This document shows, one piece after another, positions 53,576 through 63,190 of a stretch of 64,000 nucleotides of DNA (the stretch's first letter is position 1; every line of letters begins with the position of its first letter). This DNA is from Candidatus Saccharimonadota bacterium (GTDB lineage: Bacteria > Patescibacteriota > Saccharimonadia > Saccharimonadales > UBA10212), in the NCBI GenBank assembly GCA_022841445.1, contig JALHRM010000001.1, positions 323,777 to 387,776 on the forward strand, read 5' to 3'. Both the position numbers and the translations under genes were made by a program. The notes below the pieces were generated by a model, which did no database searches, was not told the origin of the DNA, and worked only from the letters and a program-made list of their open reading frames with translations.

Positions 53576-54243
53576 TCCAATTCAACCTATTACCCGATAT
53601 TAAACTTACATTTGTAAAAGCGCAGCGCGCAAAGCGCCGAACTATATCAATCGCTTTTATCGTCACCGCCTGCGTTGTTGGGCTGTTTTTGATGATGCTG
53701 TTTTATGTTCAGGTTATTCAGAAGCGTCAGCTGAGTAATCTAGATAAGGATATTAAGCAGAGTAGCGACACAATAGCAGAGGTAAAAGATCTGGACAAAG
53801 TACTCACTGTTCAAAACCAATTAAATTCGCTTGCAGACTTGCATCAAAGTAAGCCAGTTGCTACGAGACTCTATGATTACCTCAACCAAATTACACCCGC
53901 AAAGGTGAACTTGAGTACTCTGAGTTTGGATTTTGGTGCGACCACTTTGACGATTTCTGGCACAGCCGATTCACTCCAGACAATTAACCAACTTGCCGAC
54001 ACATTGAAGTTTACGACGTACAAAATCGAAGGCAGCCAAGAAGGTAAGAATGCTTTTCCGTCAGTGGTATTAAGCAATTTTAGCCGCGATGAAAAGTCGG
54101 CTAGCTATGAGTTTTCAATTACCTATGATCCGGCATTGTTTGATAGTACGAGCAAATTGAATCTAAGCGTTCCGCAGCAGCAAATTACCAGCAGATCATA
54201 TACCGAGCAGCCAATTTTTAACGGCAGTGGGGAGGGGAACTAA
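53572..54243 (+). CDS. pilN: type IV pilus inner-membrane component PilN
   Basis: N-terminal INLLP-type motif (IQFNLLPD), a single TM and a periplasmic-type domain. Confidence 0.75.
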   Translation: MIQFNLLPDIKLTFVKAQRAKRRTISIAFIVTACVVGLFLMMLFYVQVIQKRQLSNLDKDIKQSSDTIAEVKDLDKVLTVQNQLNSLADLHQSKPVATRLYDYLNQITPAKVNLSTLSLDFGATTLTISGTADSLQTINQLADTLKFTTYKIEGSQEGKNAFPSVVLSNFSRDEKSASYEFSITYDPALFDSTSKLNLSVPQQQITSRSYTEQPIFNGSGEGN

Positions 54244-54244
54244 A

Positions 54245-54916
54245 GTGGCGCAACAATCAGCAAAACATGTACTTGTCGATAAAGCCCAGCGAACAATGCT
54301 GATTTCGATTTCTATTGCCACTATCGTAGTTGTCTTCTGCCTGGTTGCTTTTAAATCACTGTGGTCTGAGGCCGGCTATCAGAATAAGATTATCAAAATG
54401 AAAAAAGAAGCATCTGTTCAGTACAAAGAAAACATCGACGCGGTTGATAAGTTAGTATCCCAGTACAACGTATTTAACAACGAAGATACCAACATACTTG
54501 GCGGTAGTCGCACTGGTGCAGGTGAGTTGGATGGCGCTAATGGTCGTATCGTGCTTGATGCGCTACCTAGTAAGTATGACTTCCCGGCGCTCACTAGCAG
54601 CTTGGAAAAAATACTATTGACCCGTAAGGCGACTATTGAATCAATAACTGGCTTTGACGATGAATCAGCGCAGTCTACCGCCGCTCAATCCACTCCAACA
54701 TCGACCTCAACACCGATTACATTCACGCTTGGCACATCAACTAGTTATGCGGGTAGTCGCGATATCATCAATGATTTACAGCGCTCAATACGCCCTTTTG
54801 TCATACAACAATTGCAGCTTAGTGGCAAGGACGCTGAGATGTCGATGACCATTACAGCAGAGACATATTATCAGCCGACCAAGAGCCTCGGAGTAACTTT
54901 CAAGGAGGTTAAGTAG
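54245..54916 (+). CDS. PilO-like pilus assembly membrane protein
   Basis: RBS GGAGG then GTG 54245. Single TM (MLISISIATIVVVFCLVAF), a coiled-coil region and a C-terminal domain. The call rests on position after pilN. Confidence 0.5.
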   Translation: MAQQSAKHVLVDKAQRTMLISISIATIVVVFCLVAFKSLWSEAGYQNKIIKMKKEASVQYKENIDAVDKLVSQYNVFNNEDTNILGGSRTGAGELDGANGRIVLDALPSKYDFPALTSSLEKILLTRKATIESITGFDDESAQSTAAQSTPTSTSTPITFTLGTSTSYAGSRDIINDLQRSIRPFVIQQLQLSGKDAEMSMTITAETYYQPTKSLGVTFKEVK

Positions 54917-54917
54917 C

Positions 54918-55181
54918 ATGAAGCAAAAAGATATCGCTCTTGTTGCCATCGTCGCTATCATCACCGGAATGTTTTCATTGTTTATCGCCAATGCTGTTTT
55001 TGGATCACCTGATAATCGTAGTACCAAGGTGCCTGTCGTAGAACCTATCAGCGCCGAATTCCCGCGTCCGAGTGCTGACCATCCTGAATATCAAGCATTC
55101 TTTAACAAAGACGCTCTTAATCCGACGCAAACAATCAAAATCGGGGATAGTGCTAATACCAAGCCTTTCAACGCACCGTAA
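54918..55181 (+). CDS. small single-TM pilus-locus protein (87 aa)
   Basis: TM IALVAIVAIITGMFSLFIANAVF. Its position is equivalent to pilP, with no sequence signature. Confidence 0.35.
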   Translation: MKQKDIALVAIVAIITGMFSLFIANAVFGSPDNRSTKVPVVEPISAEFPRPSADHPEYQAFFNKDALNPTQTIKIGDSANTKPFNAP

Positions 55182-55232
55182 TTGGCCGGGGTTGATCGGT
55201 AGCGTTATAAGGTTTCGCTCAACGAACGGCTT

Positions 55233-57017
55233 ATGAATATACTCTCAGAAGAAACACAAAAAAGCGTCGAGAAAGCTCTGGTTGATGACGGCCTGATAAC
55301 AAAGGCAAAAATTCATGAACTAAAGGAAAAAGCCCACAAAGAAGGCCAGCCATTTATGGCGCTACTAGTTGAGCAGGGGCACATTACCGATGAGCAGCTG
55401 ACTCACGCTCTGGCAACCGCTAGTAAGTTACCGTACGTGAACTTGAGTGAAGCCAAGATTGACACCAAAATTTTGGAGCTTTTGCCAAAAGAAACTGCCG
55501 AACACTACATGGCGGTGCCTCTTGGCGAAATGCAGAACCGTTTGGTTGTTGGCATGCTAGATGCCGACAATGTTCAGGCCATCGACTTTTTAAGCAATAA
55601 AATCGGTCGTCCGCTAAAAGTCTATGCAGCAAGCGAAACGGGCATTAAAAGTGTTCTTCTGCAGTATCAGCAGAGTTTGGAACGAGGCATGGCTTCGATG
55701 TTTAACAAGCCCGGAGATGCCGAAAAAGAGCAAGAAGAAGTCATTCCGACCGGCAAAAAGACCCAAACAATTGTGCAGGATTCTCCCATCAGCAGGGCGT
55801 TGTCGGCAATCATGGATTACGCTGTTAAAAACAAAGCCAGCGATATCCATATCGAACCACTAGAAGCTGAACTTAAGATTCGTTGCCGGATTGACGGTGT
55901 CCTGAAAGAAGTTATGAAGCTCCCCAAAAGCACCGAGCCACCTTTAATTAGTCGCATCAAGATTTTATCTAACCTGAAAATTGATGAACATCGCATTCCG
56001 CAAGATGGTCAGTTTTCGGTGAATGTGGATGGTCGTTCGATTGACCTGCGTATCGCTATTAGTCCGGTAGTGTGGGGTGAGCAAGTAGTTATTCGTCTCC
56101 TCGATAAGTCGGGAACCAGCTTTAAGCTCGAGGACATGGGGTATCGTGGTCGTGCACTTCGGGCAATACGCAAAGGCTTAGAGCGGCCCAATGGCATGAT
56201 CCTGACTTCTGGACCGACTGGTTCGGGCAAGAGTACCTCGCTTTATGCCTTGCTGCAAGAAATTAAGAATGACCAAATCAACATCGTGACACTGGAAGAC
56301 CCAGTCGAGTATAAGATGCAGGGTATCAACCAGATTCAAGTAAACCCGGATATTGGGTTAACGTTTGCATCCGGTTTACGGTCGGTGCTTCGCCAAGACC
56401 CGGACGTGGTGATGGTTGGGGAAATTCGCGACAGGGAGACCGCGACACTGGCCGTTCAGGCGGCGCTAACGGGCCACCTGGTTTTTAGCACGCTGCACAC
56501 CAACAGTGCCGCAGGAATTCTGCCACGTCTGCTTGATATGGGCATCGAACCGTTTTTGATTGCCAGTACCGTTCATACCGTCATTGGACAACGGTTGGTG
56601 CGCAAAATCATTCCTGGTGGCGAATCATACGAGTCTGACATCGCCGAAACAGAGGCAATTAGACAGACTATTGGTGATTTGCTACCAAAGAACAAAGAAG
56701 AAGTTGAAGAAGTGTCAAAAGATCTCGGCTACGAGTCCTTGCCACTTGCCAGTCAAAATGCTTATACTTTAATGAAGGGTAAAGCCGGTTCAGCAGATGC
56801 CGCAGGGTATAAGGGGCGATTGGGATTATATGAAGTTTTTGAAGTTAATGAACAAATCCAAGACCTTATCATCAAGCGCTCGACGAGCGCCGAGATCCAA
56901 GAGGCTGCCGTGAGTGATGGGATGATAACCATGCGTCAGGACGGATACTTTAAGGCGCTTGACGGTAAAACGACACTGGCAGAGATTAACCGCGTGGCGG
57001 CATCAGACAACGCCTGA
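55233..57017 (+). CDS. pilB: type IV pilus extension ATPase (GspE/PilB family)
   Basis: N-terminal T2SSE_N-like domain, Walker A SGPTGSGKSTS, Asp box, Walker B VVMVGEIRD and His box LVFSTLHTN. Confidence 0.9.
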   Translation: MNILSEETQKSVEKALVDDGLITKAKIHELKEKAHKEGQPFMALLVEQGHITDEQLTHALATASKLPYVNLSEAKIDTKILELLPKETAEHYMAVPLGEMQNRLVVGMLDADNVQAIDFLSNKIGRPLKVYAASETGIKSVLLQYQQSLERGMASMFNKPGDAEKEQEEVIPTGKKTQTIVQDSPISRALSAIMDYAVKNKASDIHIEPLEAELKIRCRIDGVLKEVMKLPKSTEPPLISRIKILSNLKIDEHRIPQDGQFSVNVDGRSIDLRIAISPVVWGEQVVIRLLDKSGTSFKLEDMGYRGRALRAIRKGLERPNGMILTSGPTGSGKSTSLYALLQEIKNDQINIVTLEDPVEYKMQGINQIQVNPDIGLTFASGLRSVLRQDPDVVMVGEIRDRETATLAVQAALTGHLVFSTLHTNSAAGILPRLLDMGIEPFLIASTVHTVIGQRLVRKIIPGGESYESDIAETEAIRQTIGDLLPKNKEEVEEVSKDLGYESLPLASQNAYTLMKGKAGSADAAGYKGRLGLYEVFEVNEQIQDLIIKRSTSAEIQEAAVSDGMITMRQDGYFKALDGKTTLAEINRVAASDNA

Positions 57018-57057
57018 TAATTGGAAAAGCATATGAAGCGAGGGGGGCAATAGAAAA

Positions 57058-58131
57058 ATGAGTACACAAGGACAGCCGCGAATCGAGGTATTACTCGAAG
57101 AAGTTATTAAAAAGAAAGCTTCAGACCTTCACCTGCAAGTTGGGTTGCCACCGATACTCCGTATAGACGGTGCATTGATTCACGTACCAGGCACAGATGC
57201 GCTCAATGAAGAATCTGTCGAAGCCTTGATATTTGCAATCTTAGACGCTGATCAAAAAGAAATTTTGCTTAAAGACAAAGAGTTCGACTTTAGTTTTGCT
57301 TTCGGCGACCTGGGTCGATTCCGCGTAAACGCTTTTCATGAGCGAGGCAACTTAGCCGCTGCGCTGCGTTTGATTCCGAACGAAGTCATGACTATCGAGC
57401 AGTTGTCTTTACCGCAAATTGTTAATAAGTTTGCCGACTATCCACGTGGATTGGTGCTTGTTACGGGCCCAACTGGATCAGGTAAGAGTACGACACTTGC
57501 GGCGCTAATTCACAAAATTAACCACGAACGCGCAACGCACATTATTACTATCGAAGACCCGATTGAGTTTACGCACAAATCTCAAAAATCAGTCATTGTG
57601 CAGCGCGAAGTTCACTATGACACCTATAGCTTTAGCGCGGCGCTTCGGTCAAGCCTGCGTGAAGACCCCGATGTGGTGCTTATTGGTGAGATGCGTGACC
57701 TTGAAACCATCGCTGCTGCTATTACCATTGCCGAAACTGGTCACTTAGTGTTTGCGACGTTACATACTAACAGCGCCGCTCAGAGCATCGACCGTATGAT
57801 TGATGTTTTCCCACCGCATCAGCAACCACAGATTCGGGCACAGCTTAGCAACATCTTAATGGCTATTTGTTCGCAGCGCTTAGTGCCGTCAATCGGTGGC
57901 GGGCGAGTGGCAGCAGCCGAAATACTAGTCGCAACGCCTGCTGTACGCAACATCATCCGAGAAGGTAAAAGCCACCAGCTGGATGCCGTTATTCAAACCG
58001 GCGCAGAATATGGAATGCAGAGCATGGACCGTACGCTGGTAAACCTAATCCACAGCGGTACTATCAGCTACGAAGAAGCCAGAAACTTTGCGGTTGACCT
58101 TGAAGAACTTGATCGGCTAATGAGAGGCTAA
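57058..58131 (+). CDS. pilT: type IV pilus retraction ATPase
   Basis: ASDLHLQVG.PP..RIDG, Walker A TGPTGSGKSTT, VVLIGEMRD, LVFATLHTNSAAQSIDR, AEIL..TPAVRNIIREGK. Confidence 0.9.
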   Translation: MSTQGQPRIEVLLEEVIKKKASDLHLQVGLPPILRIDGALIHVPGTDALNEESVEALIFAILDADQKEILLKDKEFDFSFAFGDLGRFRVNAFHERGNLAAALRLIPNEVMTIEQLSLPQIVNKFADYPRGLVLVTGPTGSGKSTTLAALIHKINHERATHIITIEDPIEFTHKSQKSVIVQREVHYDTYSFSAALRSSLREDPDVVLIGEMRDLETIAAAITIAETGHLVFATLHTNSAAQSIDRMIDVFPPHQQPQIRAQLSNILMAICSQRLVPSIGGGRVAAAEILVATPAVRNIIREGKSHQLDAVIQTGAEYGMQSMDRTLVNLIHSGTISYEEARNFAVDLEELDRLMRG

Positions 58132-58136
58132 GACAA

Positions 58137-59357
58137 ATGCTGACGTACACGTATACCGCCAGAGACCCATCGACCGGCGCAAAAATTAAAGCCGATGTTC
58201 AGGCCGAAAGCGAACAGGCTGCTGCTAAGCTCATCAAGCAGCAAGGGTATGCGCCACTCGAAATTACACCGGCAGTCGCTCAAAGTACGGGCTTATTCAG
58301 CCGATTCACAAACCATATTCGTACCAAGGATAAAATCCTTTTTTCTCGGCAGCTTTCGACATTGATTAACGCTGGCCTACCACTGGTGCAGAGCTTGCGC
58401 TCTACCGCCAATCAAACCAAGAGCAAACCGCTCAAAGTTGTCGTTAGCAAGGTGATAAATGATGTTGAAGCTGGTATGGCGTTTTCCCAGGCACTCGCCA
58501 AACATCCCGGTGTATTTGGCGAAGTATACATTGGTCTTATATCAGCTGGCGAAGTATCCGGTACTTTGGATAAAGCTTTAGAACGATTGGCCGACCAGCA
58601 GGAAAAAGATGCTGAAATTTTGAGTAAAGTCCGTGGTGCAATGGTCTACCCAATCATCGTGTTACTGGTGATGGTTGGGGTGGTAACATTCATGCTACTA
58701 GCGGTTTTGCCGCAGGTACAAGAACTTTACAAAGGCTTGCCCGGTGCGAGGCTGCCTTTTATTACATCGGCTTTACTTGCTGTGTCGGAATTCACTGGTA
58801 AATTCTGGTGGGCAATACTCGGTGTGATGGGTGTCGGAGTCTTTTTGACGACACGCTGGGCACGTACTGGCCCCGGTAAGCGAGTAGTTGATAGACTGAA
58901 AATTGAATCAATAGTCATCGGCCAGCTTTTCAAAAAGCTATACATGGCTCGTTTTGCAAGAACTTCTACAACGCTAGTCGCCAGTGGCGTACCACTGCTA
59001 CAAGTACTATCAATAACTGCCAAGTCGATAAACAATATCCATGTCGAAGAGTCCATAAATAATGCCGCGAGCAAAGTTAAAGGAGGTAAGGCACTGTCGG
59101 ATAGCTTAGAGGGCGACCGCAATTTTGATGAGCTGGTACCAAACATGCTACGGATTGGTGAACAATCCGGATCGGTCGAGGACATGCTCGCCAAAACTGC
59201 CGACTACTTCGAGAAAGAAGTTGATAATCAGATTAAGACCATATCAACCATCATTGAGCCGATTATGATGATTCTGATGGGTATTATGGCGCTTTTGATC
59301 GTGGCGGCTATATTGCTACCAATATATGGGCTTGTCGGGCAGGGCGTCCTAAACTAG
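58137..59357 (+). CDS. pilC: type IV pilus platform protein (GspF/PilC family)
   Basis: Two T2SSF repeats (FSRQLSTLINAGLPLVQSL ; FARTSTTLVASGVPLLQVL), 3 TM, 406 aa. Confidence 0.9.
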   Translation: MLTYTYTARDPSTGAKIKADVQAESEQAAAKLIKQQGYAPLEITPAVAQSTGLFSRFTNHIRTKDKILFSRQLSTLINAGLPLVQSLRSTANQTKSKPLKVVVSKVINDVEAGMAFSQALAKHPGVFGEVYIGLISAGEVSGTLDKALERLADQQEKDAEILSKVRGAMVYPIIVLLVMVGVVTFMLLAVLPQVQELYKGLPGARLPFITSALLAVSEFTGKFWWAILGVMGVGVFLTTRWARTGPGKRVVDRLKIESIVIGQLFKKLYMARFARTSTTLVASGVPLLQVLSITAKSINNIHVEESINNAASKVKGGKALSDSLEGDRNFDELVPNMLRIGEQSGSVEDMLAKTADYFEKEVDNQIKTISTIIEPIMMILMGIMALLIVAAILLPIYGLVGQGVLN

Positions 59358-59461
59358 CTTACGGATAATATCCTTGCTTTTTAGTGTTATCGGTCATACT
59401 ATGTAAGCATTAGCGTATTCTTACGGCATAACATATAAAGCAAAGGGGGCATTTGCAAGCC

Positions 59462-59977
59462 ATGAGTATCAAAGAATTATACGGAAAAAAGAAAGACGAA
59501 GGCTTTACCATTATCGAGGTGATGATCGTCTTGGCTGTCGCAGGTTTGATTTTGGTGATCGTGTTGATTGCTATCCCGCAGCTCCAGCGTAACCAACGTA
59601 ATGCGGCCAGGAAGAACATCGTCGCTCGAGTTAGTACGGAGGTTGCATCATTTGCAGGAAACAACAACGGTGCCTTACCAACGTTGAATAATAACGCACA
59701 GACTGGCATTACTGGTGGATTCCAGACTAGGTATCTCACAGGCATAAACTATCAAGACCCTTCTACGGGGAACAACTACACCATAACTACCGGACCTAAT
59801 GCTCCTGCTGCTGTTGGAGAGATGAGATATCAGACGACCCAGATATGCAACGGTGAGACTCCAGTTGGGACAATTCCGGCTGGTGGTGGTAACCCCGCTG
59901 TTGTTGCAAATACCAGGAACTACACCCTTAGTGTGTTCCTTGAAGGTGGTGCTACATATTGCGTAGACAATAAATAG
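59462..59977 (+). CDS. type IV major pilin candidate (PilA-like)
   Basis: RBS AAGGGGG. Prepilin motif KKKDEG|FTIIEVMIVLAVAGLILV with Glu5, a C-terminal Cys pair (C...C), and a strong terminator directly downstream. Confidence 0.85.
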   Translation: MSIKELYGKKKDEGFTIIEVMIVLAVAGLILVIVLIAIPQLQRNQRNAARKNIVARVSTEVASFAGNNNGALPTLNNNAQTGITGGFQTRYLTGINYQDPSTGNNYTITTGPNAPAAVGEMRYQTTQICNGETPVGTIPAGGGNPAVVANTRNYTLSVFLEGGATYCVDNK

Positions 59978-59998
59978 TTCGATTTCAATAGAATTTTT

Positions 59999-60030
59999 AA
60001 GACCGGTCAAAAAGGCCGGTCTTTTAATTT
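59999..60030 (+). terminator. intrinsic terminator after the pilin gene
   Basis: AAGACCGG (59999-60006), 9-nt loop, CCGGTCTT (60016-60023), then TTAATTTGTTTG. Confidence 0.75.
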
Positions 60031-60050
60031 GTTTGTGCTACCATTGATGC

Positions 60051-60884
60051 GTGATAATGGTTATGCTGCTGCTTTTTATGGTTGGTCTTTGCATGGGTAG
60101 TTTTGCTGGTGCAGTTGTCTGGCGAGTCTTTAAGCAATCAAAAATAAAGTCAAAAAATGGCCGAACTGAGTACTCAATAAGCCAGGGTCGTTCTATGTGT
60201 GAACACTGCGGACATGCACTAGCCACAAAAGACCTCATACCGCTAATCAGCTACCTCGGTCTGCGAGGCGAATGTCGTTACTGCCAAAAGCCTATTGCTC
60301 GCAGCGTGCTGGCCGTAGAGCTGGCTGGGGGCATTGTTTTCGTGCTGTCATACGTATTTTGGCCAACCGAGCTTGTGGGCGCCGAACAGATCATCCCATT
60401 CGTTACTTGGCTATTATCATCAGTTGGTTTGCTTGCGTTAGCGCTCTATGACTATAAGTGGTATATTTTGCCAAATCGTATCTTGTACCCGACTTTCTAC
60501 ATAGCTTTGGCTGGCTGGCTGGCAAACGCGGTGTTGTTCAACTTCGAGTTTGAATCAGTGTTAAAACTGTTAAGCAGCATTGCTATCGCCAGCGGGATAT
60601 TCTGGCTGATTTATATGCTTAGTAAGGGCAGGCTCATAGGGTTTGGGGATGTGCGTCTCGGACTTGTCACAGGCACATTATTGGCTGATCCTCGCTTGAG
60701 TCTACTCATGATATTTGTAGCATCGCTAATCGGCACGCTGTTTGCCGCACCACAGCTTGTTGCTGGCAAAAAAACTGCCACTAGCCGCATCCCATATGGA
60801 CCGTTTCTAATACTCGGCACAGCCATCAGTTTGTTTTTTGGCGAGTCTATCATAACTTGGTACACAAATTTACTCATCTTGTAG
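60051..60884 (+). CDS. pilD: prepilin peptidase (A24 family)
   Basis: N-terminal Cys motif CEHCGH...CRYCQ, multiple TM, and aspartyl active-site regions GFGDVRL and PYGPFL. Confidence 0.9.
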   Translation: MIMVMLLLFMVGLCMGSFAGAVVWRVFKQSKIKSKNGRTEYSISQGRSMCEHCGHALATKDLIPLISYLGLRGECRYCQKPIARSVLAVELAGGIVFVLSYVFWPTELVGAEQIIPFVTWLLSSVGLLALALYDYKWYILPNRILYPTFYIALAGWLANAVLFNFEFESVLKLLSSIAIASGIFWLIYMLSKGRLIGFGDVRLGLVTGTLLADPRLSLLMIFVASLIGTLFAAPQLVAGKKTATSRIPYGPFLILGTAISLFFGESIITWYTNLLIL

Positions 60885-60910
60885 TTCAGTCTTCACTATA
60901 TCCCCCAGCA

Positions 60911-61019
60911 CTGCTTTACCCCAGAAGCCTTTAGAAGGGATTGGATTGCTAACGCCATAGGCGCGAGCAAAGTGAGCCCTATAAAGTGCACCTTCCTAAA
61001 GGCTTCTGGGGTAAAGCAG
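60911..61019. repeat. 24-bp perfect inverted repeat enclosing a 61-nt structured spacer
   Basis: CTGCTTTACCCCAGAAGCCTTTAG (60911-60934) is the exact reverse complement of 60996-61019. The spacer holds a nested hairpin TTGCT-AA-CGCC-ATA-GGCG-CG-AGCAA. Confidence 0.9.
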
Positions 61020-61065
61020 ACATTCACTCCTTCACTTCTTACCGCTTGTGGTTTATACTCAATTT

Positions 61066-61929
61066 ATGTGGTCGCTCAAGGGTGTGGGTTCGGTTCACTC
61101 AGGCTCAGATGGAGGCTCGAGTGGCTTTACTATTACCGAGGTATTAATTGTACTGGCGGTGACTTCGCTCTTGTTTGTCAGCACGGCGGTCGCAATTAAT
61201 GGCCAGCAGGCCAGTACGCAGTTTTCGCAGGGCATGCGAGACATTGAATCAAAAATTAGAGATGTAATCAATGACACAGCTACCGGATATGTGCCAAGCA
61301 ATAATCAAAATTATCTCTGCCAAGTTATTGGTGGTGTGCCCAGAATTACTGCCGGAAGCGGTTCAGGGCTTGGAACCAACGACCAGTGTGTTGTTTTGGG
61401 GCGAGCAGTCCAGGTGAGTACGACGGCTGATGCTAACAAGGTGTATATCTATACGGTTATTGGTCGACGTACTATGCCAGTCGCAGTAGGATTGTCGGCA
61501 AGTGTACCGGTTGCGTCATTGGCAGACGCCAACCCGGTAGCTGCAATCGATGGCGTTGATTTAACTGAAACATATGACCTGCGTGGCGGGATGCGGGTAC
61601 TTTCGGCACGCACAATTACTCGAGCCGATAGTGGTATGGCTGGATTTTTTGCTAACTTTACCAACACCACAAGTGGTTCCACTAGTGACGATGGCAGGGT
61701 TAGTGCGCTGGAATTGCCGGTGTCATCCAACTCTACATACCAATCAACCGCCGTAACAAATTGTCTGGAATTTCAGTCTCCTTGTGACAACATCGCCGCA
61801 CTTAACCTAGGCGAATGGTCGATTTGTTTCCAGCGCTCCGACGAGCGCCAAACAGCCAGGCTTATAGTAGGTGATGCGACCCTAAAATCACCGACTACAG
61901 TACGGGTAGAATTTGAGGACTGCACATGA
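61066..61929 (+). CDS. minor (pseudo)pilin, large
   Basis: Prepilin motif GGSSG|FTITEVLIVLAVTSLLFV. The start is uncertain: ATG 61066 or GTG 61048. Confidence 0.75.
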   Translation: MWSLKGVGSVHSGSDGGSSGFTITEVLIVLAVTSLLFVSTAVAINGQQASTQFSQGMRDIESKIRDVINDTATGYVPSNNQNYLCQVIGGVPRITAGSGSGLGTNDQCVVLGRAVQVSTTADANKVYIYTVIGRRTMPVAVGLSASVPVASLADANPVAAIDGVDLTETYDLRGGMRVLSARTITRADSGMAGFFANFTNTTSGSTSDDGRVSALELPVSSNSTYQSTAVTNCLEFQSPCDNIAALNLGEWSICFQRSDERQTARLIVGDATLKSPTTVRVEFEDCT

Positions 61930-62423
61930 AAATTACCAACGATAACAGGGGCGAAACCATTATCGAAGTGTTAATCGCTATTGCGGTTATTGCCTTAACA
62001 CTCGGAACGTCATTTGCGCTGGCAAATCGCAGCTTGCGGCTCGGTATCGAATCGCGCGAGCGCGGGGAAGCTTTGCAGATTATCGAATCCCAGATCGAAA
62101 GCTTAAAATACGTTTATGCTATCGCTCGTGAAAATGGACTAGAAGCCCAGTTCGATATCCTATATCGCACCAATACTCCATTTTGCGTACGTGCTATAGA
62201 AACTGTCGACCCAAGTGTACACCATCGACCAGTTACATCACCTGATTGCACGGTGAACTCACTCGGTGCATCGGGACAACCAGACTCCAGATATCGTATA
62301 TCGATTCAATACGTAGCAGATACGAGCCCCGCACTCAATAATTCTGTTCATGAATTTAGTGTCAGATGGGATAGATTTGGTGGTGCGGTTGATGAACCAA
62401 CAAGGATTTACTACCGATTATGA
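61926..62423 (+). CDS. minor (pseudo)pilin
   Basis: ATGA overlap with the upstream gene. NDNRG|ETIIEVLIAIAVIALTLG, with Glu at +1 instead of Phe. Confidence 0.75.
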   Translation: MKITNDNRGETIIEVLIAIAVIALTLGTSFALANRSLRLGIESRERGEALQIIESQIESLKYVYAIARENGLEAQFDILYRTNTPFCVRAIETVDPSVHHRPVTSPDCTVNSLGASGQPDSRYRISIQYVADTSPALNNSVHEFSVRWDRFGGAVDEPTRIYYRL

Positions 62424-63190
62424 GACGAACTACATACCAGCAGGACTTAAAGAAGTACCCCTCTAGGCTAGAGTCCTCGACCGTCCCTGACGGTCTACGG
62501 ATAGCCGGAAGAAGCACTTCTTTGACTCCCGCCCAACGTGGTTTTACTATTGTTGAACTATTGGTTGCATTGACTGTTTTTAGTCTAGTCTTGCTGCTTT
62601 GCCTGGTTGCACTCATTCAGATCGGCCGGATGTTTTACAAAGGTATATCGCTATCGCGCACCCAAGAAGTAGCTAGGAGTATTGCGACAGATATTAACAA
62701 TGATCTTGTTCTTAGCAAAGGGATTGTCGAGGTCGGGACTGACGCTGGTAGCAACTTAAGCTGGTACTGTATTAGCGGGCATCGTTATACCTATGAACTT
62801 GGTAAAAAGTTAGGTACTGACGCAGCAGCCGGTGTCCGTCGTGACTCACTTGTTAATAATAGTGCCTGTAGCCCCATAGTGAGTGGTGCAGCTGAGCTCG
62901 ATACCAATGTTTATAGTGATCAAACAAAAGAATACCTCAGCGATGGAATGCGCGTGAACATGTTTGATATCCAAAACTGTGCATCAGGGCTCTGCACAGT
63001 GCAGGTGAGGGTGCTGTTTGGTGAGGACGATCTATTCATGAGTGATACTACGCCGCTTCCGTCCAATCCAACTGCCACAGACTATGCTCTAGTTTCATCC
63101 CAGCCCGATGCCCGTTGCACAGGAACACTATCGAGCTCCCAATTCTGTGCTACGGCAGATGTATCAACTAGCGTGTATAAGAGGTTTTGA
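62420..63190 (+). CDS. minor (pseudo)pilin with long leader
   Basis: ATGA overlap. PAQRG|FTIVELLVALTVFSLVLLL, preceded by about 41 aa if ATG 62420 is used. Confidence 0.7.
   Translation: MRRTTYQQDLKKYPSRLESSTVPDGLRIAGRSTSLTPAQRGFTIVELLVALTVFSLVLLLCLVALIQIGRMFYKGISLSRTQEVARSIATDINNDLVLSKGIVEVGTDAGSNLSWYCISGHRYTYELGKKLGTDAAAGVRRDSLVNNSACSPIVSGAAELDTNVYSDQTKEYLSDGMRVNMFDIQNCASGLCTVQVRVLFGEDDLFMSDTTPLPSNPTATDYALVSSQPDARCTGTLSSSQFCATADVSTSVYKRF

Noticed and set aside
60911-61019. MITE or IS-remnant interpretation of the 24-bp inverted repeat
   Set aside because: No target-site duplication flanks the arms (left ...CCCAGCA, right ACATTCAC...). There is no second copy in the 64 kb and no transposase. 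I kept it as an unexplained structured element instead.
60972-61199. 75-aa ORF spanning the right arm of the inverted repeat
   Set aside because: It starts inside the hairpin spacer, runs out of frame across the N-terminus of the minor pilin, and has no RBS. It is most likely spurious.
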